Assembly (NCBI GenBank): GCA_903936775.1
Contig: CAIZWU010000118.1
Location: 7,952-71,951 of the forward strand
From: an uncultured bacterium
Lineage (GTDB): Bacteria; Verrucomicrobiota; Verrucomicrobiia; Verrucomicrobiales; V1-33
Length of the DNA: 64,000 nt
Direction: 5' to 3'
In this document: in pieces, positions 63,751 to 64,000 of the stretch
Position numbering within the stretch: position 1 is the stretch's first letter
Layout of the letters: each line of letters begins with the position of its first letter
Notes under the pieces: generated by a model
The model's database searches: none
What the model saw: the letters and a program-made list of their open reading frames with translations, nothing else
What the model was told of the DNA's origin: nothing
Translations under genes and position numbers: made by a program

Positions 63751-64000
63751 ATGCCACCCATTTTGAAAGTGCCTTTCAGAACCTGGGTATCGCTTGCGGC
63801 GGCCCTGCTGATCGTGGGGTTTGGCTCATGGGCCTGCTTCCGGGCCTATGGCCAGGTCCGGGATTCCGCCAGTTACCGGCTGCACCTTTCCGAAGTCTCC
63901 AGTCTCGCCAGCGAATTCGCTGCGGCCCTGACGGATGCCGAGACGGGGCAGCGCGGATTCGCGCTCACGGGCGATCCGGCCTTTCTGGAGCCATACGACG
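63751..64000 (+). CDS. CHASE3-type sensor protein, 5' partial (runs off the window)
   Basis: Hand translation from ATG 63751: MPPILKVPFRTWVSLAAALLIVGFGSWACFRAYGQVRDSASYRLHLSEVSSLASEFAAALTDAETGQRGFALTGDPAFLEPYD. A TM helix followed by E(T/S)GQRGF.LTGD..(F/Y)LEPY is the CHASE3 N-terminal signature. Confidence 0.6.
   Translation, partial: MPPILKVPFRTWVSLAAALLIVGFGSWACFRAYGQVRDSASYRLHLSEVSSLASEFAAALTDAETGQRGFALTGDPAFLEPYD

Overview
GC-rich chromosomal window, apparently from a diderm bacterium: it encodes an outer-membrane beta-barrel, Wza/Wzc export proteins and an entericidin-type lipoprotein. The gene content is compatible with Verrucomicrobiota or the wider PVC group, but taxonomy cannot be established from this sequence. 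I saw no rRNA, tRNA, CRISPR array, transposase or integrase. Layout: 0-34 kb is mostly housekeeping and envelope genes (metK, ndk, purC plus a PurS-like gene, pyrD, GH10-like hydrolase, SpoU methyltransferase, PIN/TRAM protein, Nif3, GNAT, a methyltransferase/flippase/O-antigen-ligase-like trio, an LplT-PlsC fusion, TetR, a YhaM-like protein, acylphosphatase, HAD hydrolase, L,D-transpeptidase, an orphan C5 DNA methyltransferase, FAH, YceH, a beta-propeller protein). The main finding is at 34.3-50.7 kb: a compact four-gene minus-strand operon of omega-amidase-like C-N hydrolase, NRPS (C-A-T-E-C*-T), PKS/NRPS hybrid (KS-AT-ACP-aminotransferase-C-A-T-TE) and Sfp-type PPTase. Hand-read specificity codes suggest Thr, malonate and a Val-like residue. 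A beta-amination step would act on an aminoacyl-derived chain. The operon also has a condensation domain lacking its catalytic histidines, a carrier domain with no adenylation partner, and an AT-rich tandem-heptamer DNA repeat embedded in the coding sequence and read in different frames. 50.9-57 kb is a divergently transcribed polysaccharide export locus (OM barrel, Wza, Wzc-like, WbaP-like). 58.4-62.3 kb is a decaying accessory islet bracketed by an intact alkB and a 3' alkB fragment. It holds vapBC, a vapD with an in-frame stop, a frameshift-split gene and a beta-propeller gene remnant. The window ends with a REC-histidine-kinase hybrid and the 5' end of a CHASE3-type sensor. All family calls come from motifs read by eye; no database search was run.
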